Shown here piece after piece: positions 7,960 to 16,865 of a stretch of DNA of 30,922 nucleotides. The position numbers were made by a program, and so were the translations under genes. The notes beneath the pieces were generated by a model, which did no database searches, was not told the DNA's origin, and worked only from the letters and a program-made list of their open reading frames with translations. Each line of letters begins with the position of its first letter. The first letter of the stretch is position 1. The stretch is from IMG/VR virus record IMGVR_UViG_3300046495_000047, positions 1 to 30,922 of that record, one strand, 5' to 3'. The DNA comes from a virus. Its lineage: Duplodnaviria > Caudoviricetes.

Positions 7960-8603
7960 GCGGACACCGAGAACAGCACGTAGCCAACCGTCAGCTGGTT
8001 CGCCAGCGCGTTGGTGCTGGACTCCCCGGTGACCATCAACGCGTACTCCTTGGTCAGGTCGATCACCTCAGTCGCGGCAGGCAGGATGATCGAATGCACG
8101 GTCTCGTATGTGGCGGCGCTCCCAGACGGATCCCCAGCCGACACGATCGACGTTTGCCCGGTCGTATTGAACGACGGATTGCCGGAATCTGACGCCCATC
8201 TGACCAGACTGAATGTGGGCACGACTGCGGGCAGTGCGGCGTGGCCCGTACCGCCCTCGAGCAGGATACTGCCACCGACGATCTTGCCCACGCTCGGCAG
8301 CAGGTGAGTGATCGGAAAGTAGAGCTGGAAAGCGCCGACCGAACTCTGCTGCCAGACAGAGCGGACGTTACCGAGCGTCAGGAAGGTCCATGAGCCGGTG
8401 GCGGAGTAGGCGCCAGTCATCGGGACTCGACAGCCTATCGAGCCCGCCGAGACGCCCTTCATCCGCTCCTTCAGGTACAGCGTTCGGTTGGCGAGCGGTT
8501 GGGCCGCCTCGAGCCAGACGCTCTGGTCCGCGGTATCGCCCGTGCTCGGGACCTGCACGTTCGCCGAGAACGTGTTCACTTCGACGACATTTACTGCTGG
8601 CAT
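7956..8603 (-). CDS. Tail fibre-associated / distal baseplate protein
   Basis: ATG 8603 (TGATG coupling). Q.LANRTLYLKE motif typical of myophage tail-fibre N-termini. Confidence 0.7.
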   Translation of the reverse strand: MPAVNVVEVNTFSANVQVPSTGDTADQSVWLEAAQPLANRTLYLKERMKGVSAGSIGCRVPMTGAYSATGSWTFLTLGNVRSVWQQSSVGAFQLYFPITHLLPSVGKIVGGSILLEGGTGHAALPAVVPTFSLVRWASDSGNPSFNTTGQTSIVSAGDPSGSAATYETVHSIILPAATEVIDLTKEYALMVTGESSTNALANQLTVGYVLFSVSA

Positions 8604-9226
8604 CAGAGGATCCTGATCTCGACGGTTCCGCCGCCGGACAAGTCGAAGACGAACCCGCGGCACACCCAGTGCGCGGGCTTCCATTTGTTCGCGATGGCCG
8701 AGATGGTCGAGACGAAGGCTGCCGTTGCGCCAGTCGCGCCAACGAGCGTTCCGTCTCCGACGCTAAAGCTACCGACGAGCGCGCCGGGGCCGGTGATCGG
8801 GTGCGTGCCGACGAGCAAGTGCACCCAAAACTGAGACCAGTACGGGGCTGCTTCACCGCGCGGCCCGCCGACAGCGGGGAAGAACTGAACGTAGGCGCCG
8901 GTGTAGCCGGCTGCCGCGAACTGCCCCTGGATGGAGGACTCGTCGCCAGCAGTCTGCCAGTCGGTCCATGCTCGGCCAACACGCGTGCGGTAGTTTGCCA
9001 GTGGCTCCGTGGGGTAGCGGTCGAGGTTCGCCTCTTGCCCGAGCAAGAGCAGCGAGTCGTCGGCGTTCTCGGGGAGCAGCAGCCACGGCGATTCGACCGC
9101 TTCGGCCATACCCTGCATGGCGATATCCGCGAGCAGGCCGTCGAGCAGCCCGGCCATGCGCTCGCCGAACACCCCTTGCAGGATGGTCGGGCTGATGCCG
9201 GCGATGAAGTCGCGGTAGTTGCTCAT
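8603..9226 (-). CDS. Baseplate wedge protein (P2 gpI / Mu gp48-like)
   Basis: LLLLGQE.NLDR.P.E....YR.R motif and C-terminal KWKPAH. Directly follows the baseplate J gene. Confidence 0.75.
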   Translation of the reverse strand: MSNYRDFIAGISPTILQGVFGERMAGLLDGLLADIAMQGMAEAVESPWLLLPENADDSLLLLGQEANLDRYPTEPLANYRTRVGRAWTDWQTAGDESSIQGQFAAAGYTGAYVQFFPAVGGPRGEAAPYWSQFWVHLLVGTHPITGPGALVGSFSVGDGTLVGATGATAAFVSTISAIANKWKPAHWVCRGFVFDLSGGGTVEIRIL

Positions 9227-10413
9227 ACCTGGCTGTAACTGAGCCCCGCCCAGTCGCCGGCTACGGCCACCTGGATAGCGGAGATCGCAATGTCACTTGC
9301 TGGAACGGAGAGCACGACGGTCTTGATGACCTTCGTACCGCCCACCGTCGCCTGACGAATCGCGTTTTCGATTTCGTTCTTCGGCACCACGCCGCTCGTC
9401 GGGTAGGTGAACCCACCGATGGGCACTGTCGCGAGGAAGGCATTCAGCGCGGCAGCGACTGCCACCTTCACGTCGGCGATAGCGAAGGACGCTGAGTAGT
9501 AGATGTTGCCAGCAATATCGATGCCCAGCCCCGACGCGGCAACCACCGTGCAGCGGGATGTGAATGGGTTCGCCGGGTAGGAATCGCACTGCAGTAGCCG
9601 CGTGGCGAAGTAGTTCTGCGCCGCCTGCACCTCGGAACCTGTCGAGTCCAGCGCTGTGGTTGCCCCAGCGATGTACGTCCAGACGGTGCCAGCGCCACCC
9701 GGGTTGTTGTCCAGCACGAACACCCGGCGAATGCTCGGGTGTGCGTTCAGCGCAATGTTGACGTAGGCGTCCCTGATGGGGTCGATGCTCTGACGTGCGA
9801 ACTTGGTGCGGTTTCGGAGGCGCAGCGCGGCATCGGTCTCGGCGTCGGCGCCCGCGGTGGTGTACCAAACCGGAGGCGTGCCAAAGGCACCAGGGTTGCT
9901 GCACGTCACACCAGCCAAAGGCGTGATCATGCGGGTGATGGTGCCGTTTGCGGCGACCCCGCCAGCGCCCGCGAAAACAGCTGTGAACGTGAGGCTGAGC
10001 GTACCGCCAGCGGCTAGCACGCCGCCCGTGGTGTTGGTGTACTGAACACCAATGTCTGTCGATACCAATAGCTGCCCGACCGCGATCGTGTACGGGACTG
10101 CGGCAGTCGAGGTGAGCAGCACTGGGCCCACGCATTTGACGGCAGCGATGCGCGTGTTGTCGAAGCGGCTCAGCGAGTAGGCCGTGAGCGCGTCACCGGT
10201 GCAAAGCTCGTTGTAACCGAACTCGGTCGTGATCTTCGCGGCTGCCTGCCAGTCCGCCCAAACGCGCGCGAACAGCAGCAGCAAAGTGCGCTGCGGCGAC
10301 CCCGATTGCCAGGCAGTGATCTGGAAGCCAAGCGCGGCGAGCTGGTCGAGAATGAATTGTAGCGCTTCGTCCCGAGTCATCGGGACGCGGAGCTGTGCGA
10401 CGGATAAGGCCAT
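9223..10413 (-). CDS. Baseplate J / Mu gp47-like protein
   Basis: Motifs TGDAL, G.GG..A.GTIT, GADAETDAALR.R and GAGTV..YI; ~396 aa. Confidence 0.9.
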   Translation of the reverse strand: MALSVAQLRVPMTRDEALQFILDQLAALGFQITAWQSGSPQRTLLLLFARVWADWQAAAKITTEFGYNELCTGDALTAYSLSRFDNTRIAAVKCVGPVLLTSTAAVPYTIAVGQLLVSTDIGVQYTNTTGGVLAAGGTLSLTFTAVFAGAGGVAANGTITRMITPLAGVTCSNPGAFGTPPVWYTTAGADAETDAALRLRNRTKFARQSIDPIRDAYVNIALNAHPSIRRVFVLDNNPGGAGTVWTYIAGATTALDSTGSEVQAAQNYFATRLLQCDSYPANPFTSRCTVVAASGLGIDIAGNIYYSASFAIADVKVAVAAALNAFLATVPIGGFTYPTSGVVPKNEIENAIRQATVGGTKVIKTVVLSVPASDIAISAIQVAVAGDWAGLSYSQV

Positions 10414-10419
10414 GGGTTC

Positions 10420-10803
10420 TCAGGCTTCGGAGAGCAGCAGCTCGGCAGTGACGCTCGAGACGTTCAGGGTGAGGTCGAACGTCGCGCCGTCGTCGACTGT
10501 GAGCGCGATGTTGATGGTCAGAGACGAGCTCGCAGAGAGGAACTCCACCGTCACGTCCACGTCCGAAACCCGTTCCTCTTTCAGGCACTCGTCGGCGATG
10601 CGACCGAGCAGGAACGAGCGCTTCGAGACGGCGTTCAGAAAGAGCCGGGTGTCGAACCCATAGTTCGGGTCTTCGATCAGGGAGCCGGCCGGGGTCGTCA
10701 GGCGCCGGGCGACGGCATGCGCGAGCCCCAGATTGCCGGTAATCACCGGCATGGTGGGGTCGAGATCCGTCACCCCGGCAAAGTCAATACCCAGGTCAGC
10801 CAA
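10420..10803 (-). CDS. Baseplate wedge / sheath initiator (gpW/gp25/gp46-like)
   Basis: AVARRLTTPAGSL..DPNYG and E.RV.DV motifs. Located upstream of J; TTG start. Confidence 0.85.
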   Translation of the reverse strand: MADLGIDFAGVTDLDPTMPVITGNLGLAHAVARRLTTPAGSLIEDPNYGFDTRLFLNAVSKRSFLLGRIADECLKEERVSDVDVTVEFLSASSSLTINIALTVDDGATFDLTLNVSSVTAELLLSEA

Positions 10804-10835
10804 GTGGCGCTACGCTTTCGGGAGGGAGGTCTCCC

Positions 10836-11540
10836 TTGAGACAAGAATTCTTCGCGGCGCTGTTGGTCATGGTGGGGTGCTCGTCGAGTCCGGTGGACTT
10901 CGGTGGTGCGGGAGGCGCGAGCTCAGGCAGTGGCGCCGGCGGCGGCGCGGGGCGTCTCGCGACTGGGGACGCTGGCAAGGGCGGCGCTGCCCCTCAGCAA
11001 GGCGGCGCGGGTGGCGCCGCACCTGCCCAGGCGGGCGCAAAAGGTGAACCCATGGCGGGCGGCGGCTCGAGCTCCAGCGATGCCGGCGGTGCTCCCCAGA
11101 GCGGTGCCCCGAGCTGCAGCGACGGTGACACCCGTGCCTGCGTGGGCCCAGGCGCTTGCGCCGGCGGGCAGGTGTGCAGCTCCGCGTTCTGGTCAACTTG
11201 TCACTGCGGCGACGCAGCCGGCGCTTCCGGTGCCCCACAGGGTGGCGCCAGCGCCGGGCATGGAGGAACGGGAGGCGCGAGCGGTGCGAAGGCAGGGTCA
11301 GGCGGGAGTCAGGGCGGAGCCTCCGGCAGCACGGCGGTCGGTGGCTGGCCGGGGTGCGACGGGTGCACTGGGCTCACGCACTGGTGCGGATACGGAAAGT
11401 CCTATCCAGAGGGGGCCTGCGCCCAATGCTCTCCCGGATGGCTAAACTGCAATGGGCCAGCTGGCCAGAATACTGACGTTGGGGTTTCCGGGTGCCAAAC
11501 CTTCGTTGGCACTGGGCTCGAGTGGAAGGGATGCCCTTGA
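10836..11540 (+). CDS. Gly/Cys-rich lipoprotein of myxobacterial type (moron)
   Basis: GGAGG RBS and TTG start. Signal peptide with lipobox VMVG-C, Gly/Ala/Ser linkers, and Cys modules C..GDTRACVGPGAC.G.Q.C...W..C.C and C.PGW.NCNG...GC. Confidence 0.8.
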   Translation: MRQEFFAALLVMVGCSSSPVDFGGAGGASSGSGAGGGAGRLATGDAGKGGAAPQQGGAGGAAPAQAGAKGEPMAGGGSSSSDAGGAPQSGAPSCSDGDTRACVGPGACAGGQVCSSAFWSTCHCGDAAGASGAPQGGASAGHGGTGGASGAKAGSGGSQGGASGSTAVGGWPGCDGCTGLTHWCGYGKSYPEGACAQCSPGWLNCNGPAGQNTDVGVSGCQTFVGTGLEWKGCP

Positions 11541-11947
11541 GCAAGAAGAACTCGGGGTGCGCCACGATATTCGGCTGGGTGTTTCTGACTGGCGTAGCGC
11601 TCCGCTTGTTTCAGGACCACCCCGTCGTTGCAACGCTGATTGTGCTGTGTGTCATCGGCGGAATCGCGTTTGTTGCTTGGCAGAAAAGAGAGACCAAGAA
11701 GCGTCGTCACCGGGACCTGGTGTCGCGTTTCGGTGAGGAGATCGCCGCCGCGATCTTGCGCGGAGAGTTCTGGCAGGGGGCCACCCGCGAGATGCTGATT
11801 GAGTCCCGCGGACACCCGACCCACATCAAGGAAAGTGTCCTAAAGGACAAGATCAAGCACACCTACTGCTACAACCAGATCGCAAAGAACCGGTATGCGC
11901 TGCGTGTTCACCTGGAGGACAGGATTGTGGTTGGGTGGGAGTACTAG
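11537..11947 (+). CDS. Membrane protein with two N-terminal TM helices and a DUF2845/SmpA-OmlA-like domain (moron)
   Basis: TTGA coupling to the lipoprotein gene (alternative ATG at 11531). Motif W.G.TREML..S.G.P....YCY....RV.LE...V.GW. Confidence 0.7.
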   Translation: MSKKNSGCATIFGWVFLTGVALRLFQDHPVVATLIVLCVIGGIAFVAWQKRETKKRRHRDLVSRFGEEIAAAILRGEFWQGATREMLIESRGHPTHIKESVLKDKIKHTYCYNQIAKNRYALRVHLEDRIVVGWEY

Positions 11948-12489
11948 GCCAGCACCTTCACGTTGCCGCCCGTGATCACGCTGCTCAGGTTCACCCGTAC
12001 GGGCACCTGAGTGGCCATCGCGGCTATTGCCGCCGTGATGAGTGCCTCTGACGTGCCAGGCGGGAAGTACTGGTGCGCGGTGGCCTGCGTCGCTGGCCCA
12101 CCAGTGGTGACCGTTCCGAGCAGCAGGGTACCGCAGACCGCCGTGTCGTCGACCCGGGCCACCGCCTTGGTGCCCTTGTCGAAGGTGATGGAGGTGACGC
12201 TGCCCTGCTCCCAGAGCGCCGCGTAGGGCTTCTGGGGGTCTCCGTTGTCGAAGCCGAGCAGCACGCGGGCCCCGGTGGGGACCTTCACGGTGAAGCCCGG
12301 CAAGCCGTGCCTGATTCGGACCTTGCTGAGCCCAGTGCCCATGACAGCGGCATCGTCGGGCAGCAGATCGAGCAGACCCGCGCCGTCCTGGCCTTGCACC
12401 GAGCAGGCGTACAGGCGGTGATAGGTCACATCTCGCATCACCCAGCGAACGAATGCGGTCAGGTCTTCTTTGATTCGGTCGAGATCCAT
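11944..12489 (-). CDS. Baseplate spike (gpV / Mu gp45-like)
   Basis: OB-fold-like VRIRHGLPG..V.VP.GARVLLGF.NGDP..P, then VARVDD and C-terminal ITGGN.KV.A. Confidence 0.85.
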   Translation of the reverse strand: MDLDRIKEDLTAFVRWVMRDVTYHRLYACSVQGQDGAGLLDLLPDDAAVMGTGLSKVRIRHGLPGFTVKVPTGARVLLGFDNGDPQKPYAALWEQGSVTSITFDKGTKAVARVDDTAVCGTLLLGTVTTGGPATQATAHQYFPPGTSEALITAAIAAMATQVPVRVNLSSVITGGNVKVLA

Positions 12490-12836
12490 CAGACCGACAA
12501 CCCGAGCAGCTCGAGCGCCCCATTCACCACCACGGTGACCTTGTACCGACAGAGCATCATCTCGCCGGGGCTCGTCGTCGGTCCGAGCGTGGACGTGACC
12601 GCGGCCTCTACCGCCTGCTGAGCGAGCTCGATCAGGCCACGCACCGAATCGCTATGCACTGCCGGTGGGTTCAGCGAGTCGATGCCGAATAACAGCTCTT
12701 CAGCCGACACGAAGCGGACGGGGGCGAGCCCCACGATCTGGTCAATCACGCACGAGAGCGCGCCCGTGGCTGAGTCCAGCGTTGCCGTGCACCGCGGGAA
12801 TGCGTCCCGCTCGTAGCTCTGAGTGGTGATTGTCAC
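12489..12836 (-). CDS. Hypothetical protein between hub and spike
   Basis: Coupled on both sides (GTGA and TGATG) and fills the gap exactly. Confidence 0.6.
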   Translation of the reverse strand: MTITTQSYERDAFPRCTATLDSATGALSCVIDQIVGLAPVRFVSAEELLFGIDSLNPPAVHSDSVRGLIELAQQAVEAAVTSTLGPTTSPGEMMLCRYKVTVVVNGALELLGLSV

Positions 12837-13471
12837 GCTGCCTCAACCCAGTAGGAGGTTCGGTGCCCGTTTCCCTGGATCGAGTGCTCGACACGGGAAA
12901 CGCGGCGGCCGCCAAAGGTCACTCCCGGACGCAGCTCGAAGCGGTCCGAGGCGATGGTCACGATCCCCCGCGCATCGTCGCGCGTGAGCTCGTCACAGTG
13001 GAGCTTTTGCTCCTTGTAGGTGTCCGTGCCGACGAAGGCCTGCCCGCTCGGCTGGATGCGCCAGGAAGCGCCGATCGCGTCGCAGAGCGTGGAGAGTGCC
13101 TGGCCGCCCGAGACATTCGCCCGGGTCCAGTAGGCCAGCGAGGTCGTGAGCGGGTCGGAAGCGGGGTCCAGCACCTCACCAGCCGCCGCCATGATGTCCG
13201 TGGCCACCAGCTTAGCGGTGCAGCCGACGTAGCTCCGGGCCGGCAGGGCGCCAGCCAGGCCGCCCTTGCCGCCCACGATCCAGGCGTGCACGCGTTGCGC
13301 GAACACGCCCGAGCGGAGCACGGTACCGGACCACTGCAGCCCGGCATCATCGAGCACCACCGAGCCCGTCAGGGAGTCCACTGAGTCGAGCTCGAGCCAG
13401 CCAGACCACGCGCCCACGCGCGGCAGGGAGAGGGTCAGGCCGAGCACGGTTTTTCCGTTGCACGTGATCAT
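12833..13471 (-). CDS. Baseplate hub protein (gpD/gp44-like, compact)
   Basis: LPRVGAW, AL..L...GASWRI...G and LRPG motifs. Positioned between the tube initiator and spike. Confidence 0.7.
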   Translation of the reverse strand: MITCNGKTVLGLTLSLPRVGAWSGWLELDSVDSLTGSVVLDDAGLQWSGTVLRSGVFAQRVHAWIVGGKGGLAGALPARSYVGCTAKLVATDIMAAAGEVLDPASDPLTTSLAYWTRANVSGGQALSTLCDAIGASWRIQPSGQAFVGTDTYKEQKLHCDELTRDDARGIVTIASDRFELRPGVTFGGRRVSRVEHSIQGNGHRTSYWVEAA

Positions 13472-14052
13472 CGGTAGAACGGCCCCAGGCCCGCGCCCGG
13501 CTGCCCACTATCGCTGGGCTTGGTGCCGTTGGCCTTGTCGTCGGCCGTTCGGTACTGCGCCCAGGCCTCTTCGTCAGACTGGGGGCGCTTCGGGGCGGCT
13601 GCCTTCTTTGCCACCGACTTCGGGCCAGGCATCCATTGGACCGCGGACATCGAGATCGTCCACCCGTCCACCGCGCTCGGCTGCGGGGAGTCGATCGACT
13701 CGATGATGATGCTGGTGATGCCCCAGAAGTTGGCGTTGGGGTGCTGGATCTCAACGGGTGGGCGCACCGAGTTCTTCGCCTTCGGGCGCAGCAGGGGCAG
13801 CATCTGCGCGAGCGCGTTCAGCTCGGATTGCGTGGTCAGCTGCAGCGTGATCTTCAGCGTGCACGGCGGGTCACCGTTGTCGGTGATGGTCGCTCCCTTG
13901 CCGCCCTTCGGCTTCTTGATATCGAGCTCGCTCTTGACCGATACGTCGACCTTCGCCACGCCGGGCATGAATTGCCCAGCAAGGAACAGCGTGTCCCAGG
14001 AGTCGTCGCTCGAGGCGTCGTTCCAGTGCCCGACGGCGCTAACGACCGTCAC
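13468..14052 (-). CDS. Tail tube initiator-like protein (gpU-like)
   Basis: Immediately follows the TMP. Motifs L.G...PG...V, D.KK.KG..GA.IT..G and I.HP...GI. Confidence 0.65.
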   Translation of the reverse strand: MTVVSAVGHWNDASSDDSWDTLFLAGQFMPGVAKVDVSVKSELDIKKPKGGKGATITDNGDPPCTLKITLQLTTQSELNALAQMLPLLRPKAKNSVRPPVEIQHPNANFWGITSIIIESIDSPQPSAVDGWTISMSAVQWMPGPKSVAKKAAAPKRPQSDEEAWAQYRTADDKANGTKPSDSGQPGAGLGPFYR

Positions 14053-15818
14053 GCGGCGACTTCCGTTCGAAGCTGTTCAAAGCACGAGGTGAGCGAGCTC
14101 ACGATCGTCTGATCTACCCTGTGCGCTACGGCATCAGGATCGCCAGCACCGCTCACGTTGACCGTGACGTTGATGCGCGTGGAACCACCGCCGCCCTGTC
14201 CAGCTGCAGCGCCTGCGTTCTGGTTTGCCGGAGGCGCGCTCAGGCTCGACACCATCGGGCCCTTGGCTGCCTCACCAAGCCCGCCGGCGGCGCTCGCTAC
14301 GTCGCTCTGGCTCGCGTCGATGCCCTGCACCAGGCCGGCGCCCGTCATGTCACCGTAGCCCTCGAACACCTTGGACGGGGAGGCGATGCCGAGCTTCTGC
14401 TTGATGCTGGTCATCATCGAGCTGCCGAGATTGGACGCTGCCTGGACTACCAGCCCGACGCCATTGGTGATGCCATTCACCAAGCCGTTGATGAGGTCCA
14501 TGGCGAGCGCTCCGAAGTCGAACGCTGCCCATTTGGCGCTCATGTTGGCCAGGAAGTCGTCTACGGCAAAGATGGCCGCACCGATCCCGTTGACCACCCA
14601 GCTGAAGCCGTTGCTCAGCTCACCGGCGAGGGCCACCGCGATCTGAATCCCAGCGGCGACCTCACCGCCGAAGACGGCCGCCACACCGACCCCAAAAGCG
14701 ATCACCTTGCCGAGAATCACAGCGAACTCTCGGACCGTGTCCATCCACGTCGCGCCGCTGCCGAAGCCCGTGAATAGGGCCCCAAGAGCGCCCTGAATCG
14801 CTGGCCAGGCTGCCTGGAAGCCGTCGACGAGTCCGCCCACGAACGCCTTCACGAACGGCCAGGCACCCTTGACCACGCCCGCTAGCTCGGTGAGCCCCTC
14901 GACCAGCGAGCCAACGAATTGCTTTCCTTGGTCCCCATTGAAGAAGGCCGTCATGTCGTCCGCAATCGGCTGCAGGGCGGAGGTGAGCGCGGGCGCCAGC
15001 TGCGAGCCGATCTGAGTCATCAGGCGCTCGCCCTGCGCCTTCATGCGCCCGACCATGCCCTCCATCGTGGTGTCCGCGAACTTCTTGCCGGCTTCGCCCA
15101 GCACCTTCTCGCCGGTCTTGTGCATCACCGCGTCTTGGATGGCGGTCATGGCCGTCTCAGCGTCGATCTTCCCGCCCTGGATCAGGTTCTGGATCTCGTC
15201 GCTGGTCTTGCCGAGTTGCTTACCGAGCTGAGCAAAGATGAGCTTGCCGCTGATGCCTGCCTGCTCGAGCGAGCGCAGGTCGTCCCCACCGAGTTTCCCC
15301 TTCGAGAAGATCTGCCCCATGTTCGTGAACACGGAATTGACCTCTTCGCTGCTCGTTCCGAGCGAGCGCAGGTCCGCGCCCATCTTGATGAGGTCGTCCG
15401 ACTGGTTCGGGTTCATCTGGAGCTTGGTGAACTCCAGGAACTTCTCGGTGGTCGTCTCCACGTCCATCCCGAGCTCGACGGCCATGTCCTGCGTGTGCTT
15501 GAAAAGCAGCTGAGGGGACGCGCCGAACTTGGCGAGCTGGCCGAACGCGTACTCGGACTTCTGGGCGAAGTTTGCGAACTCGATGACCGTCGCGCCGACC
15601 TCTTTGCCGAGCTCGAGCACCTTCTCGACGGTCTTCTCGATAGCGCTACCGACGGCTTCACCCCAGGCGTGCTCCATGACGTGCCCAGACCCCTCGGCCT
15701 TGTCACCCGTCGCGCCGAGAGCCTTCTGGATGACCTCGAGGCTGCCCGAAATCTTCTTCGAGTTGCCCGTCACCTTGTCGATGAGCTTCAGCTCGAAATC
15801 TGCTTCATCGCTGGACAT
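14049..15818 (-). CDS. Tape measure protein
   Basis: Tape-measure domain GQIFSKGKL.GDDLR.L..AGI, an amphipathic/hydrophobic repeat region and KLGIASPSKVF. Follows the chaperone. Confidence 0.92.
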   Translation of the reverse strand: MSSDEADFELKLIDKVTGNSKKISGSLEVIQKALGATGDKAEGSGHVMEHAWGEAVGSAIEKTVEKVLELGKEVGATVIEFANFAQKSEYAFGQLAKFGASPQLLFKHTQDMAVELGMDVETTTEKFLEFTKLQMNPNQSDDLIKMGADLRSLGTSSEEVNSVFTNMGQIFSKGKLGGDDLRSLEQAGISGKLIFAQLGKQLGKTSDEIQNLIQGGKIDAETAMTAIQDAVMHKTGEKVLGEAGKKFADTTMEGMVGRMKAQGERLMTQIGSQLAPALTSALQPIADDMTAFFNGDQGKQFVGSLVEGLTELAGVVKGAWPFVKAFVGGLVDGFQAAWPAIQGALGALFTGFGSGATWMDTVREFAVILGKVIAFGVGVAAVFGGEVAAGIQIAVALAGELSNGFSWVVNGIGAAIFAVDDFLANMSAKWAAFDFGALAMDLINGLVNGITNGVGLVVQAASNLGSSMMTSIKQKLGIASPSKVFEGYGDMTGAGLVQGIDASQSDVASAAGGLGEAAKGPMVSSLSAPPANQNAGAAAGQGGGGSTRINVTVNVSGAGDPDAVAHRVDQTIVSSLTSCFEQLRTEVAA

Positions 15819-15821
15819 GGG

Positions 15822-16058
15822 CTACCTCTTGCGTCTGCTGCCGCGCGCGGCCTTGGCGCTGTTCTTCGCGTACGACTCGAGGAACATCCGCACGGCGCGC
15901 GTGTTGTCGATGTGCTCACCCCAGAGCATCGCGCCCGTGAAGGCGAGATCGTACTGGGCTGGTGTCGAGGCCTCACGGCCCTCGTAGGCTTGAAATGCCA
16001 AAAGAGCTCGAGCGGTACCGATGTAGTACCGCCGCGAGCTCTTCCACCGCTCTATCCT
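15822..16058 (-). CDS. -1 frameshift extension of the tail assembly chaperone (gpGT-type)
   Basis: The -1 frame after A AAA AAA is open for 78 codons (RIERWKSSRRYYIG...RGSRRKR*) and stops 3 nt before the TMP ATG. Confidence 0.85.
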   Translation of the reverse strand, partial: RIERWKSSRRYYIGTARALLAFQAYEGREASTPAQYDLAFTGAMLWGEHIDNTRAVRMFLESYAKNSAKAARGSRRKR

Positions 16059-16363
16059 TTTTTTACCTCGATCTCCGCTTCTGCACCGGCGAGATCCGCG
16101 AGCTTGTCTGCAATCTTGGCCGGCAACGCCGGTTGCAATACGAACACCGCGGCGGCCTCATCTCGCGTCGGCGAAACGAGCGAGCGAAGGCAGACCTCAC
16201 GGAACGAAGCCCCCTTCGGGACCTTGGCAGTCGAAATCTTGTCCTGGAATTCCTCCCAAGCGGTGTCACTCGGGGTCTTGAACACCAGGGTTTGACCCTT
16301 GGCCTTCACGACAATGAGATCGCCGTGCTCCGCGCGCAAGCGCGCCAGTTCTTCCTCTGACAT
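16052..16363 (-). CDS. Tail assembly chaperone (gpG-type)
   Basis: Lies between tube and TMP, with GGAGG 5 nt before ATG 16363. Ends EVKKG at the slippery site. Confidence 0.85.
   Translation of the reverse strand: MSEEELARLRAEHGDLIVVKAKGQTLVFKTPSDTAWEEFQDKISTAKVPKGASFREVCLRSLVSPTRDEAAAVFVLQPALPAKIADKLADLAGAEAEIEVKKG
16058..16064 (-). other. Programmed -1 frameshift slippery site A AAA AAA(G)
   Basis: GTA AAA AAA GGA TAG at the end of the chaperone. A 7-A run is rare in this GC-rich sequence. Confidence 0.85.
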
Positions 16364-16397
16364 GTCTTCCTCCATTCAGAAGCCGCGAGCGAAAGTG

Positions 16398-16856
16398 CTA
16401 GCGGCGTTGGTTCTTGAGCTGCGTCTTGCCGTTGAACGTCCGATACATGAACGAGAACGGGATCGATGCAGGCAGCGCGTCCGCGCCCTCTCCGTGGTCA
16501 ATCTCCACGTCGAAGACTCGGCAGCCGTAGAGCACGATCTTGATCGGGTCGACGTTCGGCGCGGTCAGCGTGTAGGTGATGGTGAAGGGCGTCTCCGCCC
16601 AGCCGTCACCCAGCTTGTTGGTGATGAAGTCCACCGCTTCCTCGACGGCCGAGAACTCGATGGTGCCGTCCCCCATGTTGAGCTTGCCGCGGGTGCGGGC
16701 CAGTGGCTCGGCAGCGGAGCCGCGCACAATCCCCTCCTCCACGTCCTGCTTGCACTTGATGGACGAGATGGCGGTGAAGATGGTGCCGGCGAGGTCGATC
16801 TCGGCCCGCCCGAAGTCGTAGAAGAAACCCTGCGTGTTGGGGAATGCGATCGGCAT
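16398..16856 (-). CDS. Tail tube protein
   Basis: 152 aa, beta-rich, follows the sheath. Motifs G....PLARTRG and PFTIT. Confidence 0.85.
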   Translation of the reverse strand: MPIAFPNTQGFFYDFGRAEIDLAGTIFTAISSIKCKQDVEEGIVRGSAAEPLARTRGKLNMGDGTIEFSAVEEAVDFITNKLGDGWAETPFTITYTLTAPNVDPIKIVLYGCRVFDVEIDHGEGADALPASIPFSFMYRTFNGKTQLKNQRR

Positions 16857-16865
16857 GGGCTACTT

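Noticed and set aside
4554-8603. Mu G-segment-type invertible fibre cassette
   Set aside because: All fibre genes are co-oriented, and no invertase or flanking inverted repeats were seen.
15788-15976. 62-aa minus-strand ORF from the track
   Set aside because: It is in the wrong frame. The region is explained by the -1 frameshift extension ending at 15822.
14919-16295. Long plus-strand ORFs antisense to structural genes (also 25274-26497, 16299-17354, 20094-21140)
   Set aside because: These are shadow ORFs caused by high GC3 codon bias, with no motifs or RBS.
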